DNA from: Thalia democratica
Lineage: Eukaryota
Direction of reading: 5' to 3'
Length of the DNA stretch: 64,000 nt
NCBI GenBank assembly: GCA_965202585.1
Contig: OZ241829.1
Span: 18,290,001 to 18,354,000, forward strand
Positions 15,001 to 25,789 of the stretch are shown piece after piece. A program made the translations under genes and the position numbers. The notes under the pieces were generated by a model. The model was not told the origin of the DNA, did no database searches, and saw only the letters and a list, made by a program, of their open reading frames with translations. The stretch's first letter is position 1, and each line of letters begins with the position of its first letter.

Positions 15001-18000
15001 TAGGAACATATTAAATCAAACACTACAAACAAAGCTTGTTATATAAGAGCAAAGAGCAGCACGTTTCAACAAGCTTCTTGGGAATATCTCACACAACATC
15101 CCACTGTGACTTCAAACCATAAAAAAATAGCACTTTTTAGAGATTTGATTGGCAACTAAGAAAATGCAAGTTAAAAGTTTTACTGAAAATCAGTTAGTTT
15201 ACATTGTAGGACAAGTCAATCTAACGGAACAAATTTTACTCAACACCAAATTAACGTTAGAATTAATATTAGTAAATATCAATAAACGATCACAATTAAA
15301 AACATTTTTTATAGTTTTGTTATTAAATGAATAGTTAGTTAGTTATATTTAAAACTAGCAAGGGTTTTTATTAGTCTTTATAGTATACGTTTTAGTTTTT
15401 GTGATTCTTACATTTTTCATAGTATTCTACCTTCTCAGTATGAAAAACTAAATAATACAATTAATTATAATTACTAGTACACAAAACTAAACACATCAGT
15501 TTAAAAACAGTTAACACATCAAAATTTTAGTGAAAATAAACATTTATCTGATTTAAACCATTTCGAAAAAAATCGCTGCATCTATAATTTTTTTTTTGCT
15601 GAGACTTTCTAAAAAAACTGGACATTTCTCAGGACCATAAGATTTTATGTAACATTATTTGTTCAATTCAGTTTGAAAATCTTTATCAATCAAAGGGTTA
15701 GGATATCCGTTTTTTAATGGTATTCTTTGTTATAACAATAAGTTTATTTCGAAAAACTTTTTTAGATCATATTTTATTTGCTCTATGAAATAACGTTTAA
15801 GTAAACTTATTTTTCTTCTCCTACTATTTTTGTGTTACAACTGTATTACGCTAATGAAAATTGTTAGAATAAAATTTTGTTGAATAAAACAAATATTGTC
15901 TGAAGTTTTAACTTTATGTTAAGTTTTTATTTTTCAATATTTACCAAAATCTAGCACTAGAAATTTTTCAAACTGCTCAATAAATATTCCTGTTTTTTAC
16001 GCTATAGATAAAAACAGACATATTTTTAGTGAACTTGTAAAGTTCAAAACAAAATAATAAAATGTTAATGAAAAAATTGCGAACATCATTTTGAAACAAG
16101 TACATAAGCTCTTACTTAAAGTTATTTTAATTATAGCTGTGTGGCTTCAGCTTTTGTATAGGTAGAACAAGTCTAACATGCTTAAAAAATAAGAAAAAAA
16201 ACATAAAAACTCTTTCAATTTGAATAACTTCAATAGCTACTTAATACATAAAACTTTATAAACAGTAAGTTGTTGAACGCAGTATGATTAACTTTCATGT
16301 AAGAATAATTGAAATCAGTTTTTTAAGAAAGAGGTCAGCAGTATTTAGTAAGTTACGGGCCAAGTTTCCTAGAAAACAGTATAATTTTAGTTGAAAAGTA
16401 CATGGTGGGCCTCATTTTGCCTACCCCTGTTTTAAGAGTTTAAACTCATTGTATTAAAGAAAAAAGAATTTAATACGAGTTCGGTTATCACACATTATAA
16501 TTTTTTTAGATTGTGACATTAATAAAAAGTTTCATCTGACTATTTACGGTGATAATTTATCTTTAAAAATCATTGATTTTTGTCACAGAGTGCAGCAGTA
16601 TTCCTCCAGTAGATTATGCCACGGCAACAGTAAATGGATCACCACCTAATCCACCGATCGAACACGGTACTCAGGTTGACTTTAAATGTCAAAGTGGTTA
16701 CGCTTCCAACACTGATCTGATGGCAGCATGTGGTGGGACAACACCTGGTGTAGTTGACGTATCCAGCTTAATATGCTACAAAGGTAACGTTTTGTGTAAA
16801 AATAACTTTCAAGACTATTTAATTCCATTCGAAAATTTTAATCATAGCCAATTACCTTAATAGTTGTTAATAGTAGGTCAAATATATGTATTATTTTCGG
16901 GACACGCTTAGTTGTAGTTGAAAATAATTTAGTAAGAAAATTGATATGAATAAAAATTACAAGGTAAGGATTAAGGGTAACTGTGATAGTAAAAACAAAT
17001 GAGAAAATAAATAAAGAGGAAAAGAAATAAAAAAATGTTTTGGATGGGAATTGTGAGCATACCACTGTTTTCATTTGTAATGTTTTACAAACTTTTAAAC
17101 AACTTTGCACAGTAAGGTGCTTATAAAAACAGCGACTATTGTGTTTTCAGCTAATTTTTATTGCAATTGGCAAATATTACAAGAACTTCTTGTGAAAATT
17201 TTTGGATGATTTGAAAAAACTTTCACGCAGGCACCATTTGATTTTTTGAAAGCCACCCCAATGCGAACTGTCTGGGATCCAGAAATGCAACCTTAAAGTT
17301 TTTAGCTTTTAAATATTTTACATATGGAAATTATAACAAAAAAATTTGGTACAGTTTAAGACGATTTAACTTAAGTTTGTGAAGGCACTTCTTGATTAAA
17401 AAAGTAGCTAGAAATTCAAGAAAACTTACAAAAAGTCATGAAAATTACATCAAATCTAGTAGCACTTTTATAATACTTTCTTACACAGTGTTGAATAGCT
17501 TTATGCATTCATTGTATAATTTTTGGGTGCACGTCTGTTAAAGTTCTGACAATTGGAATTTAATAACTCAAATTTCAATATTTCTGTGTTGTTGATGATC
17601 ATCTCTTTTAATGAATGTTTAAAAGCCAAAGTAAATTACTATTATAATCTTATTGTTAGACCTACAATAGCATTTCAATCTATTTAAAAATTAATCTAAT
17701 GAATAAAATTTAGCTTAAATAAGTTTTAAAACTCACAAAAATATCGTAATTATTAATGTTCTGTTATATAGTTTTTTTAAGTGTGTTTTTTACCATTGTG
17801 ATCTTAGACCTACCATAAATTTTTTTTTTAAATATAACTTATTGATATATGGCTACTTAAAATTTTTTTATAAGAGTTTGAATTGTCATGTAACCATTGA
17901 TTTTCAAAAACAGTCTCTACAAACAATTATAATTAAAAAAAAGGATATTTATAAACATGTTGATGGACCTTTTGAGGAAATGTATATTTTGGTCAAAAAT

Positions 18001-21000
18001 TAAACGTGTATTTTATATATAATTAGAACAAATCAGAAAATATATTTTTAATGTGTATATATTTGAGGCTGTAAGTAATTAATCTCACAGTATCAGAAAC
18101 ATTGAGTGTAATTAAGATGCAGTTTTCACAAAATAGATTAATCTTTTTAGATTGCGTTAATTTTTGATGTTTTGAAGAAACTTTCACGTAGGCACCATTT
18201 GATTTTTTAAAAGCCACCCCAATGCAAACTGTAAATTAGATATTATATAAGGAAAACTGCAATTCAATTTATTTATTGTATATCAAAATAACAAATGGTG
18301 AAAATATCTTTAATAAAAGCTCATATAGAGAGTGTTTGTTAATTATATAGACTGTGACTTGACTTATTTAAGCACTTGATCTAAAGTATAAAATATAAAA
18401 ATTTATTTTGTTTTTTTGTAACTTCAACATCAATGCCAAAAGTAGACCTTTAGTTATATACCCTTCTCAACATTTAAATTAAAGTAAAGTATTATGTATA
18501 AAAAGTTTCTTATCAATTCAGATTACTAAATCTATTTAAATACTTTGCTTATCTTTGGGCGTTCAAATTTAAAAATTGTTGTAATCATTGGAGTCATTCT
18601 TATTTTTGATATATATTTTTTTGTGTTGTAAAAAATAACTGCGTAAACGTTGTTCATTTTTTACTGAATTAGTTTCTTTTATAATATTATTAACAGATAT
18701 TTAAGTTACAATTAAAATAAATCTGAATTGATCACTCAGCTGTAGTCTTGAAATTATCTTTTTCAAAATTTTAAAATAATCTTTTTTATCTGGTTTTATA
18801 TTCACTTGCAAATTATACTTATATCTGCTTAATAATATAATAGTAACGATTTTTTATTAGTTTTGATTAGTGACACGGATCAGTTACTTTATTGTTTTAT
18901 GTACAAAATAAAGATGTTTTCTATAATTTATAAGATATCAAAACGGTTACGAATTTCGCAATTATTTTTTTTTTAATCTGGTTTTGTTATAAAAGCGATA
19001 AATCTTAATCGATTTAGTGATAAGTTTGCATTCGTGATGTATGACTAAAGTGGGTTTTTTAAAGTAAATATTTTTAGGCTCATACCGTAGAAATATTATT
19101 TACCACAAATAGCTAAAGTCTTAATGTTTGATTTCTGCAAACAAATTTTGCAAAATAGCTTGATAAAATGTGAACGTCATTGAGTAGTATATCACAGTTA
19201 TTGATTATGTGGGTTTGCCACAAATTTCTCTTTATTTGATAGCACAGAAATAAATAAAAATGTTTTTTATCAAAAAACTTTCACTTTAAATAAAGTCTAA
19301 AAAGTTGTATGTAGAAAAATGTTGCTAGATTCATTGACCCGAAAAAAATTATATATTTTGTTCTTTTTAGAAGCTTATTGAGTACCCTTATGTGTGTATT
19401 AGTTACACGATATATAATACACTTAACTTGATGCCAAGTTTTGTACTTGATTTTTAAAACATAGTTTTTTTTCAAAATTTCCAATTTGTTGTCGATTTTC
19501 AAACTAATAAAGTTTCACTTAAATTATTTAATGTTGCGTATATTGTTATAGTTTCCTGAACTAATTGACTAAGCTATACAAACCTAGACCGTATGAGTCG
19601 TTCATTACAGATTGTCCTGAAGTTCCATCATTTAACAACACACAATTATCAGTGACCGACCATGCTTCTTATCATCGCGTAGCAACTTTCGTGTGCGAAG
19701 GTGGTTCTTCGCTCTTTTTAGAAGACGGGAGCAGCGCAGGATCGTTCCAACTTACTTGTAGCAAGAACGCAACGTGGGCCGGTGTAGGAGGAAAATGTAG
19801 AAAAGGTGATATATGAAATATTTTCTATTAATCTTGCTCTGTAGAATGTTGAGTAGAGTTATTACTTATTGAACTGTTTAATTCTACCAGGCAATGCTTT
19901 TAAATTATGCGTTCCTTTAAAGTTTACTAGCGATATAACAAGTTGTATCAAATTAAGAGTATTTCGTCAAGTTTGCAAACAGGTTAATTAGTTTTAAAAT
20001 GCTTCAATTTTTTGTGCTGAAAGTTTTAAATGTTAATTTAAAGTTATCAATTCATTCGTTAAAATTTTTATTGTTCTTTGTAAAACAAAAGTAAAAATAT
20101 TATCAATATTTTGTCGTTTTTATAAAAATCAAAGTAAAATATCTATGCAATTTGCTTGGTTTAAGAAATTTTTAAGTTTTATAATCTTTGAAATATCCTG
20201 TTTTTGTTTTAAAAAGTCATATGACCAAACTTAAAAGTAAAGTTATTTTGAAAAGTCGTTTTCACAAATAAAAGTTTTTCCCTAGATTAGTTGTTGAAAC
20301 TAACACATAATTAACTTGCTTTGAAGAACTATATACTAAAGTATTAAAAACCCCGCCTAGTCCCTTACCTAATCTACTTGATTCAAAATCAGTATACAAC
20401 TGTTTATAAAACACACTTTGAAAGATATTTTATATGCATTTTTGCAACAAACTAAAATGATGTTGCTTATATCAATTTAAGTTTTTAACTTTTTGCGAAA
20501 CGCGAGAAATCTGAATGAACATTTAGAACTGTTTGTTTCTGAAAAGTCACTTTAACATGCACCGCAATGTTGCAGACTGCCCGGATGCAATACCCGATAA
20601 TAAGCTCGATAATTACAACATTGAAATGGTAACGAAAACGAAAGCGAGTTTTGACGAGGCGCTGCAAGTCGAGTATGTGTGCAAAAGTGGTTACGACAAG
20701 CTGTATTTGGGTGACTTTGTTTATAAGTGTCAGGAAGATGGTATGTGGAACAATAAAAATGTGCTCCAGTGTCGTAACAGTTAGTTGCTTTTAGTTTTCA
20801 GCGTCTGCACGGTTACCACTCTTCTAAGGATAAAATTTTGTTTTCAAGTTTTGATATTTTGCATACAATACAAAATTGTTTTTAGTACTGTGATTTGATT
20901 GCCTTTTAGTTGTAGTCAGTTATTAAAGTTCCACCATTTTTAATAAACGTACTCAACTCATAAAACTTTTGTTTTGTGCAAAAGGAGAATAGCTGATAGT

Positions 21001-24000
21001 CATAAATACTAGCTTAGTTTTGTCTACCTCTAAATTATTAGATTTATTCTATTCTAGAATTCAAAAATATTTACTTTCAGTTGAGACTTATCTTATTTTT
21101 TTTTTTTCAAATATTGTAGGTTTATACAGTTCAATTAGTTTTAAGTTATATAATTAACTTTTTGAAAAACTATTTTTAACAATAAAATTATTTAGTAGAG
21201 GAACTCACATTTTAAATTAATTAATAGTTTTTTTCGCCTTTATGTAAATTTTTAATCTATAAAGTTTGTTTATAGATTATTATGACATTTTTTACTAAGG
21301 TAGGTGATAGGATTTGACTTTTAGTATGATGATTTTATATTTACTGATATCGTAGCACTGAAAATTTAAGATTATTAAATTAGGTTTGAAATAACTAAGT
21401 ATGATGGTTTTCAATGTGGCATTTTTATCATTAAAAATAGTTACAACTCTATAATTTCGTTATCAAAAAATGCATTTTCGAGTCAAACTAAATAAATATA
21501 AACAAAATCATTTAAGTAAATAAAAATATGGGTAAACTTAAGAAACAATTAATAAATTATGAATACTAATCGAACACCAAGTAAATAGTAATTAGAACAA
21601 AATAGATTTAAAAAAAAAATTAACTGGCTATTTAAAGACATTTTGCGGAATCCTAGATCCTTTATAAGGACCTAGTTAAGAATTATCTTTCAGTTTGTTT
21701 TACTTAATTATTATTGCTGATAAACTGCTGCGTTTTAAGTTGGCCAATAGCCCGACATATCGATAATTTTTTTTGTTTTTGTTTTTTTAAGTTAGTAGGT
21801 AGAAAGCCAAGACCCTTGCGCATATAAAGCCTCAAAACAAATTTCAAAATTCGGTTTACAACGGTAGTTGGCGCGAGACGATTAGGAAAAGTTGAATAAT
21901 GATGTGTTCAAAAATTTATATTAAACCGCCAAAGCAAATTTAATTTGTTTTCCATAACTTAAAAAGGGTGTTTAAAAGTTACGTTTAATAAGTAGTTTAA
22001 TCAGATATTTCTGACTTTTTTTAATTGTTTTTCTAAAAATTTGATAAAATAAGATATTTTGGGGAGAAACTAAAGATGCATATATATTTATTCCTATAAG
22101 CCTTAGACTTAAAACATTTTAATAAAGTTGTAAATACTATATTAACTTAATTTCAAACTACTGTAACTACTGTTTACTTTCAGATTGCTTTCAGTTCATC
22201 ACGTCTGAAAAACTGGAGAACTTTGGAGACGCTAAAAGTCATTGTGAAGAAAATAGTGGACGTTTGCTAGAGCAAAGTATGAAGCTTAGGTGGAAAAACT
22301 ATCATAAGTAAGTTGCTTAAAAGAAATTCAATTTTTTAATTATAACTACTTGTTTTTTTATTTTTCAACGTTGGACCTAAGAATCAAAAATTTATCAACT
22401 TCAACAGTATACATAAACACACAATCTTTAGAAAATAAGCAAATGTATAATTTGTAAAGCAAATTGTTGTTAAACTTTGGTCACTTTTGCATTAAAACTT
22501 GGAAATATAGGAAACTTTTATCTAAGCTTAGTATATAAAATAGCATAATATTTTTAAACAGGTAAGTATTTATATGAACTGCACTAAAAACTTTGATAAA
22601 CCCACTTACTTTCTCAGTTGTAAAAAGTAATTGCTTTTTTGAACTAAGTACAAAATTATTGTTACATTTTAACGAGCTTGTTTAGTTTGAATCTCTAATG
22701 AGAATTTATTTTACACTTTTATGCAGTTTATAAACTCAGTTATGGAAGTTTCTACCTCAGGTTGTAAAATACAAAAACAGTTAATAAAAAAAATGGTTTT
22801 CAGGGAGAGGTGCTGTATAGAAAATATAATCATTAAGATTTAACAAATATCAGGAGTATTTAATTAAGATAAAGTTTTCCTAATTAGGTTATTTTCGTAT
22901 TTACTTTTTGGGTACATTTCGAATTTTTCTGATAATTATTTTACTTAGCTTTATTGTTTTTAATTTCAGTCGAAAATGTTGTCCTGCGACGCAAAGCTGT
23001 CGAATAAATAATATAAAACAAATTATTTTATTAATAAGTATATACCAACTTTAATTTACTGTTTTTCTCCATTGACTTTAAGCTTATATGTGAAATGTAA
23101 ACTATATCACTTCTTGCAAAAATAATAAGTTGTTTTATTGATTTAGTTTTTTCTAACAACGAAAACATCGGCGAAAGTCTACAGAGGCTAAGCGTGGACT
23201 TTCGTATGCCGTAAGACAAGCTCATGTTTAACATAAGGTTTGATCATGCCGATTAGATCATCAGACCACAAGCCTTCGGTAGACTGAGACCGGATTCTCC
23301 TTATTGGTACTCATCAGTCTGTGATGACTGCAAGTTTTTTGGTTGTGAGTGACTGATGAGTCCTAATAAGGACGAAACCGGTCTCAGTCTGCCATGTAAC
23401 AATGTAATTAGCCTTAAAGTTTACTTAAAACTTAATTTATATCAAACTTGTAATTTTAATGATTTTTTATGTTTATTTGTATACTACAAACTTTTTTAAC
23501 TAAACATAAGTAGCGGCCCGAATAAAATTGCTCAACGGTCCTTTATATAGTGTTAGTATCGGAACGAACAAACATTGTATGTTTAATGTTCATAATTTCT
23601 TTTGAATGAGTTTAATTAAAGCAAGCAATCTAAAATATCTACGACAAAAAATAATTACAGAGCCAAAATATTTAACAGCCAGTATAAGTTGCAGTTCCGA
23701 TAACTCCGTCACTGCTCTTTCGGGTTAACTAAAGTTTAATTGCATTCTGTTTCAAAAATATTGACGCTAATGTTTTTTACAGTGTGATAGAAAACACTCT
23801 ATCAGGTTTCACCTGGGAGTGCTGGACCGGTATAAGTGACTCGGAAACCGAACAAGTCTTCAAGTTTGTGTCAGACAACTCAATAGCGTACGAGACAGAT
23901 AAAGATTCAAGAATCAAGGTTCACGGTGAGACGCCGACAAAAGAAGAAGATGTGAAGTACACTTGGACATTTGGTGAGCCCAACCACGTTTTTCCTGCTG

Positions 24001-25789
24001 AAGACTACGTAACCCTCTCAAAACAACAAATGTTAATCGACCGAAGCTCTACGTTTGAAATGAATGTGCTCTGTGAAATACCAACACCGGAATGTCATGA
24101 AAGTACTAATCTTGTTATTTACATAAAAGATTAAATTTCTACTTAGTATGTGTAGAGTTTTTTAACACTTGAGATGTTTGTATTAGTTTTTATTTCTGTA
24201 TGTGACACTATTGATAAAAAATAGATGTGAGGTGTCCAGCAATACCTAATGCATCTTATAATATCGAAGAGAGATATTTAGGAGATCAGCTTGTACGGGG
24301 CGTCAAAATAACTTACGAATGTAATCAAGGATTTATACGTATTTCTGGAAGCAACTCTATTACATGCACTGTAGATGGGTGGTCAGAAAACGCAGAATGC
24401 GTTAAAAGTAAGCAAAAAACAACAAACAAAAAAAGTTTGAACCAAAACTATTGCTTTTTTAGAGTTTTTTATAAAAGTTTTAAACGTTAAAATTTGTATA
24501 ATCTTTAGCCTATAGATAAACACAAGCATGTTTCAACAATGTGTTAAAACTATTGGATTTTAAACTACAGTTTTATTAAGTTTGTCCTCCCCTACCAACC
24601 CCGGACGATTTCAATGTGAAAATCGTAGAACTAGACTTTACTGACTACACCATGACTAGATACGCTTGCGATAATTCAAATTACCAGTTTTTGTACTTTA
24701 TTCATCTAAACATCACTAATTGATGAGTATATTTCAAGTTAAAAATCATTAATTAAATTAAGGTTTTTAGTTTCACCAACATAAAAAGCATAATTACGAA
24801 ATAAACCACATAAACATAACGACCAAATAAAAGCTTAATTTGTATAAATTAAAACCTTTGTTACTAAAATTGTACCTTGACCAAAATGCTTAATATGTTG
24901 GTTTCTTATTGAATTATTTTTGACTCACTAACAACTCACAGGGGAATACGAGTTCAGCTTAACGAGAAAAAAGGGTACGTTTAACCAGGCTCGGGAGCAA
25001 TGTCAAGAAATGAGTGGAGACCTAATATATGAAAACTTAGGACCCGACGGGAAAATGTATCACCCGTAAGTTGTATTTTAAATATATGTATATGTATGTC
25101 TATAAAACAAAACAGCATTTCGTTTGACAACTTGATAATGACTTGAATTTGTGTGAAAGTACTTTTTTACGATAAAAAATATTTCTTTTTTACCAACTTA
25201 AAAAATCTCGATTAATTCTGTGTGTTTCACTATTTAACTAACCTATCCTAAGAATATAACAGACAACTTAAGTTTTGGTTTAGTTAGCAAAATAACAACA
25301 ATTTTTTGAGTTACATCGGACATACACAACTTTGCATATAAAATTAAATCCAACTGACATGCTTAATTTTTTCTTCATCTCGTTTACCGCAAAAAATCAC
25401 AACGGATTCATTTGAACTTTATTACCGCGTAAATCTGAAAATAAAAAAACAGAGAAATCAGGGATTTGGTCGTGGATAATCCAGCGTGGATCGGCCTGAC
25501 CGACGAAGTTGTTGAGGGTGAGTGGCGGAAACCGGGATCTTCAGCTTCAGATGAGGTGTTTGACACTAGAATGAATGGAAACTTGTTCTCGTGGGTAATG
25601 CCTGAGCCCAATAACGGCCGTGTTAATAGGATCACCGCAGTTTACCAGGACTGTGTGTATGTCGGTTACAAAGGCCCACTGAATATGGACGACACCAACT
25701 GCTGCACCGATGTTCCGGTTGGAACATGCACATCTTTTTACTCGGGCGACAAGTTTGGTCTTTGCGAGATAAAACCGCCCGAAGGTTGA
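1..25789 (+). CDS. 3' part of a multi-exon gene for a modular CCP(sushi)/ILEI-like/C-type lectin protein (5' end outside window)
   Basis: Exons 1-16, 1740-1937, 2361-2552, 4218-4402, 4676-4844, 5485-5610, 6014-6196, 6323-6517, 7447-7644, 10556-10756, 10922-11110, 12266-12463, 12888-13079, 16589-16783, 19611-19805, 20576-20779, 22184-22307, 23783-24102, 24225-24407, 24942-25065, 25453-25789. All internal junctions are AG/GT, phases are compatible, and the sum is 3924 nt in one open frame. The exon joining is inferred, with no transcript data. Confidence 0.8.
1740..1937 (+). CDS. CCP exon A
   Basis: tgtag|AT TGT...AAA A|gtcggt, phase 1-1; DCGPSP..YTC..TYNCVNGGDW..FEC has 4 Cys plus Trp. Confidence 0.85.
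2361..2552 (+). CDS. CCP exon B
   Basis: ccag|TG TGC...CCA A|gtcagt; CPYPP..GTRAVYSC..LEGSDTITCQDSGNW..PPGC is a canonical sushi domain. Confidence 0.9.
2835..3243. mobile_element. MITE-like element with ~55-bp TIRs made of ~12-bp subrepeats; second copy ~13363-14583 hosts the 824-bp element
   Basis: gacaattcgaattcggacaactcaaattccgtcaattcaaattcttaaaaaaa pairs with ttttttaagaatttgaattgtcggaatttgaattgtccaaatttgaatagac. No TSD established. Confidence 0.7.
4218..4402 (+). CDS. ILEI/FAM3(GG)-like domain, exon C (absent from ORF track)
   Basis: ttgcag|AG ACT; TFHVYALSAG..NGIIKWQG..RGTGVAIINPLTDTVQYNRFDT matches the S-x-G / RG-x-x-V / FDT pattern of ILEI/PANDER domains (recognised by eye). Phase 1-0, donor gtgggt. 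Confidence 0.7.
4676..4844 (+). CDS. ILEI-like domain, exon D
   Basis: atcag|CTT GAA CGC ATG; LERMAAFIENNSTYGDVIVMAVRG..IMAKIG. Phase 0-1, compatible with exons C and E. Confidence 0.7.
5485..5610 (+). CDS. ILEI-like domain, exon E
   Basis: acag|AC ACA CAC CAC TCT TGG; HSWVVVTGR resembles the ILEI SW-x-x-x-G motif; donor G|gtgaga. Exons C+D+E total 480 nt, phase 1-1. Confidence 0.7.
6014..6196 (+). CDS. CCP exon F
   Basis: ttcag|CT TGC; CQNPPP..YFDGELLNFTC..VVCTTMGW..GC. Confidence 0.88.
6323..6517 (+). CDS. CCP exon G (absent from ORF track on + strand)
   Basis: acag|AA TGC; CADPPEG..ATYRCINGLVAVPG..FTCNEDRSW..APTC; donor G|gttgct. Confidence 0.85.
7447..7644 (+). CDS. CCP exon H
   Basis: tacag|AT TGT...AGT G|gtaagt; same subfamily as exons A and I. 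Confidence 0.88.
8280..9700 (-). mobile_element. Decayed non-LTR retrotransposon ORF2 (CR1/L2-like RT), probably extending to ~8090 and ~10100
   Basis: Minus-strand motifs in canonical order: PDNIP, ISLTS, QFGFVPNRS (~9352-9381), VYANIKQAFDSV, WFSNILIGRSQSV, SGVSQGGVIGPLLF (~9086-9118), FSDDANIF, YIRPNLEY, LEYRR, with stops and frameshifts. Confidence 0.85.
10556..10756 (+). CDS. CCP exon I
   Basis: tttag|AT TGT...AAA A|gtaagt. Confidence 0.88.
10922..11110 (+). CDS. CCP exon J
   Basis: cttag|AA TGC...TCA G|gtttct; CNEVP..SGSELEYSC..MTCGKNGEW..FEC. Confidence 0.88.
12266..12463 (+). CDS. CCP exon A2 (duplicate of A, not in ORF track)
   Basis: Near-identical to 1740-1937, 198 nt, open frame. 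Confidence 0.85.
12888..13079 (+). CDS. CCP exon B2 (duplicate of B)
   Basis: Near-identical to 2361-2552, 192 nt, open frame. Confidence 0.88.
13469..14292. mobile_element. 824-bp non-autonomous Tc1/mariner-superfamily-type DNA element
   Basis: 25-bp TIRs CAGTACACTACCGCTTAAGTACGCA / TGCGTACTTTAGCGGTAGTATACTG (2 mismatches), TA TSD (13467-68 and 14293-94), subterminal TGCGTAC repeats. The empty site is visible at ~2939-2940. Confidence 0.9.
16520..18732 (+). repeat. Segment duplicated at ~57756-58974 (exon K plus flanking intron)
   Basis: Colinear match; the second copy lacks ~960 bp between two ~70-bp direct repeats. Confidence 0.9.
16589..16783 (+). CDS. CCP exon K
   Basis: cacag|AG TGC...AAA G|gtaacg; CSSIPP..HGTQVDFKCQSGY..CGGTTPGVVD..C; lacks the usual Trp. 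Confidence 0.85.
19611..19805 (+). CDS. CCP exon L
   Basis: tacag|AT TGT...AAA G|gtgata; CPEVP..ATFVC..LTCSKNATW..KC. Confidence 0.85.
20576..20779 (+). CDS. CCP exon M
   Basis: tgcag|AC TGC...AAC A|gttagt; CPD..VEYVCKSGY..YKCQEDGMW..LQC. Confidence 0.85.
22184..22307 (+). CDS. CTLD-1 first-half exon N (not in ORF track)
   Basis: ttcag|AT TGC...CAT AA|gtaagt; CFQF..NFGDAKSHCEENSGRL. Phase 1-2. Confidence 0.85.
23345..23390 (+). ncRNA. Minimal type I hammerhead ribozyme motif (Penelope-like-element type)
   Basis: CUGAUGA (23353-59), stem II GUCC-UAAUAA-GGAC, GAAA (23374-77), palindromic stem III C-CG-G, then GUC with predicted cleavage after 23383. Stem I is only ~3 bp (UGA/UCA). Confidence 0.8.
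23783..24102 (+). CDS. CTLD-1 second-half exon O
   Basis: tacag|T GTG; CWTGISD..EQVFKF..WTFGEPN..VLCEI; donor A|gtacta. Phase 2-1. Confidence 0.82.
24225..24407 (+). CDS. CCP exon P
   Basis: atag|AT GTG...AAA A|gtaagc; CPAIPNA..GVKITYECNQGF..ITCTVDGW..EC. Confidence 0.9.
24581..24723 (+). pseudogene. Half-CCP exon Q0 (truncated, or an alternative terminal exon)
   Basis: taag|TT TGT; CPPLPTP..TRYACDNSNYQ contains only 2 Cys and then runs into TGA. No phase-1 donor before the stop. Confidence 0.55.
24942..25065 (+). CDS. CTLD-2 first-half exon R0 (only intact copy)
   Basis: cacag|GG GAA...CAC CC|gtaagt; YEFSL..GTFNQAREQCQEMSGDL. Phase 1-2. Confidence 0.87.
25453..25789 (+). CDS. CTLD-2 second-half terminal exon, class S, copy 1
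   Basis: acag|A GAA (phase 2); WIGLTD..EGEW..EPNN..DCVYV..MDD..C..GLCEI; TGA stop; AATAAA at 25897-25902. Confidence 0.85.

Larger units (their letters stand above)
1..15609 (+). repeat. Intragenic multi-exon duplication: 1-4225 versus 6502-15609
   Basis: 1-564 matches 6502-7047; 571-4225 matches 11094-15609 apart from the 824-bp insertion. Confidence 0.9.

Noticed and set aside
16405-16429. hAT-like terminus (minus strand CAGGGGTAGGCAAAATGAGGCCC); similar CAGGGGTAG at 28012
   Set aside because: No matching opposite end or TSD could be found.
23172-23204. cgaaagtc...gactttcg hairpin as another hammerhead
   Set aside because: No CUGANGA core or stem II at the required position.
1-25789. Naming the gene as a selectin, factor H, SVEP1 or lectican
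   Set aside because: The domain order and the ILEI-like insert fit none of these; no gene symbol assigned.
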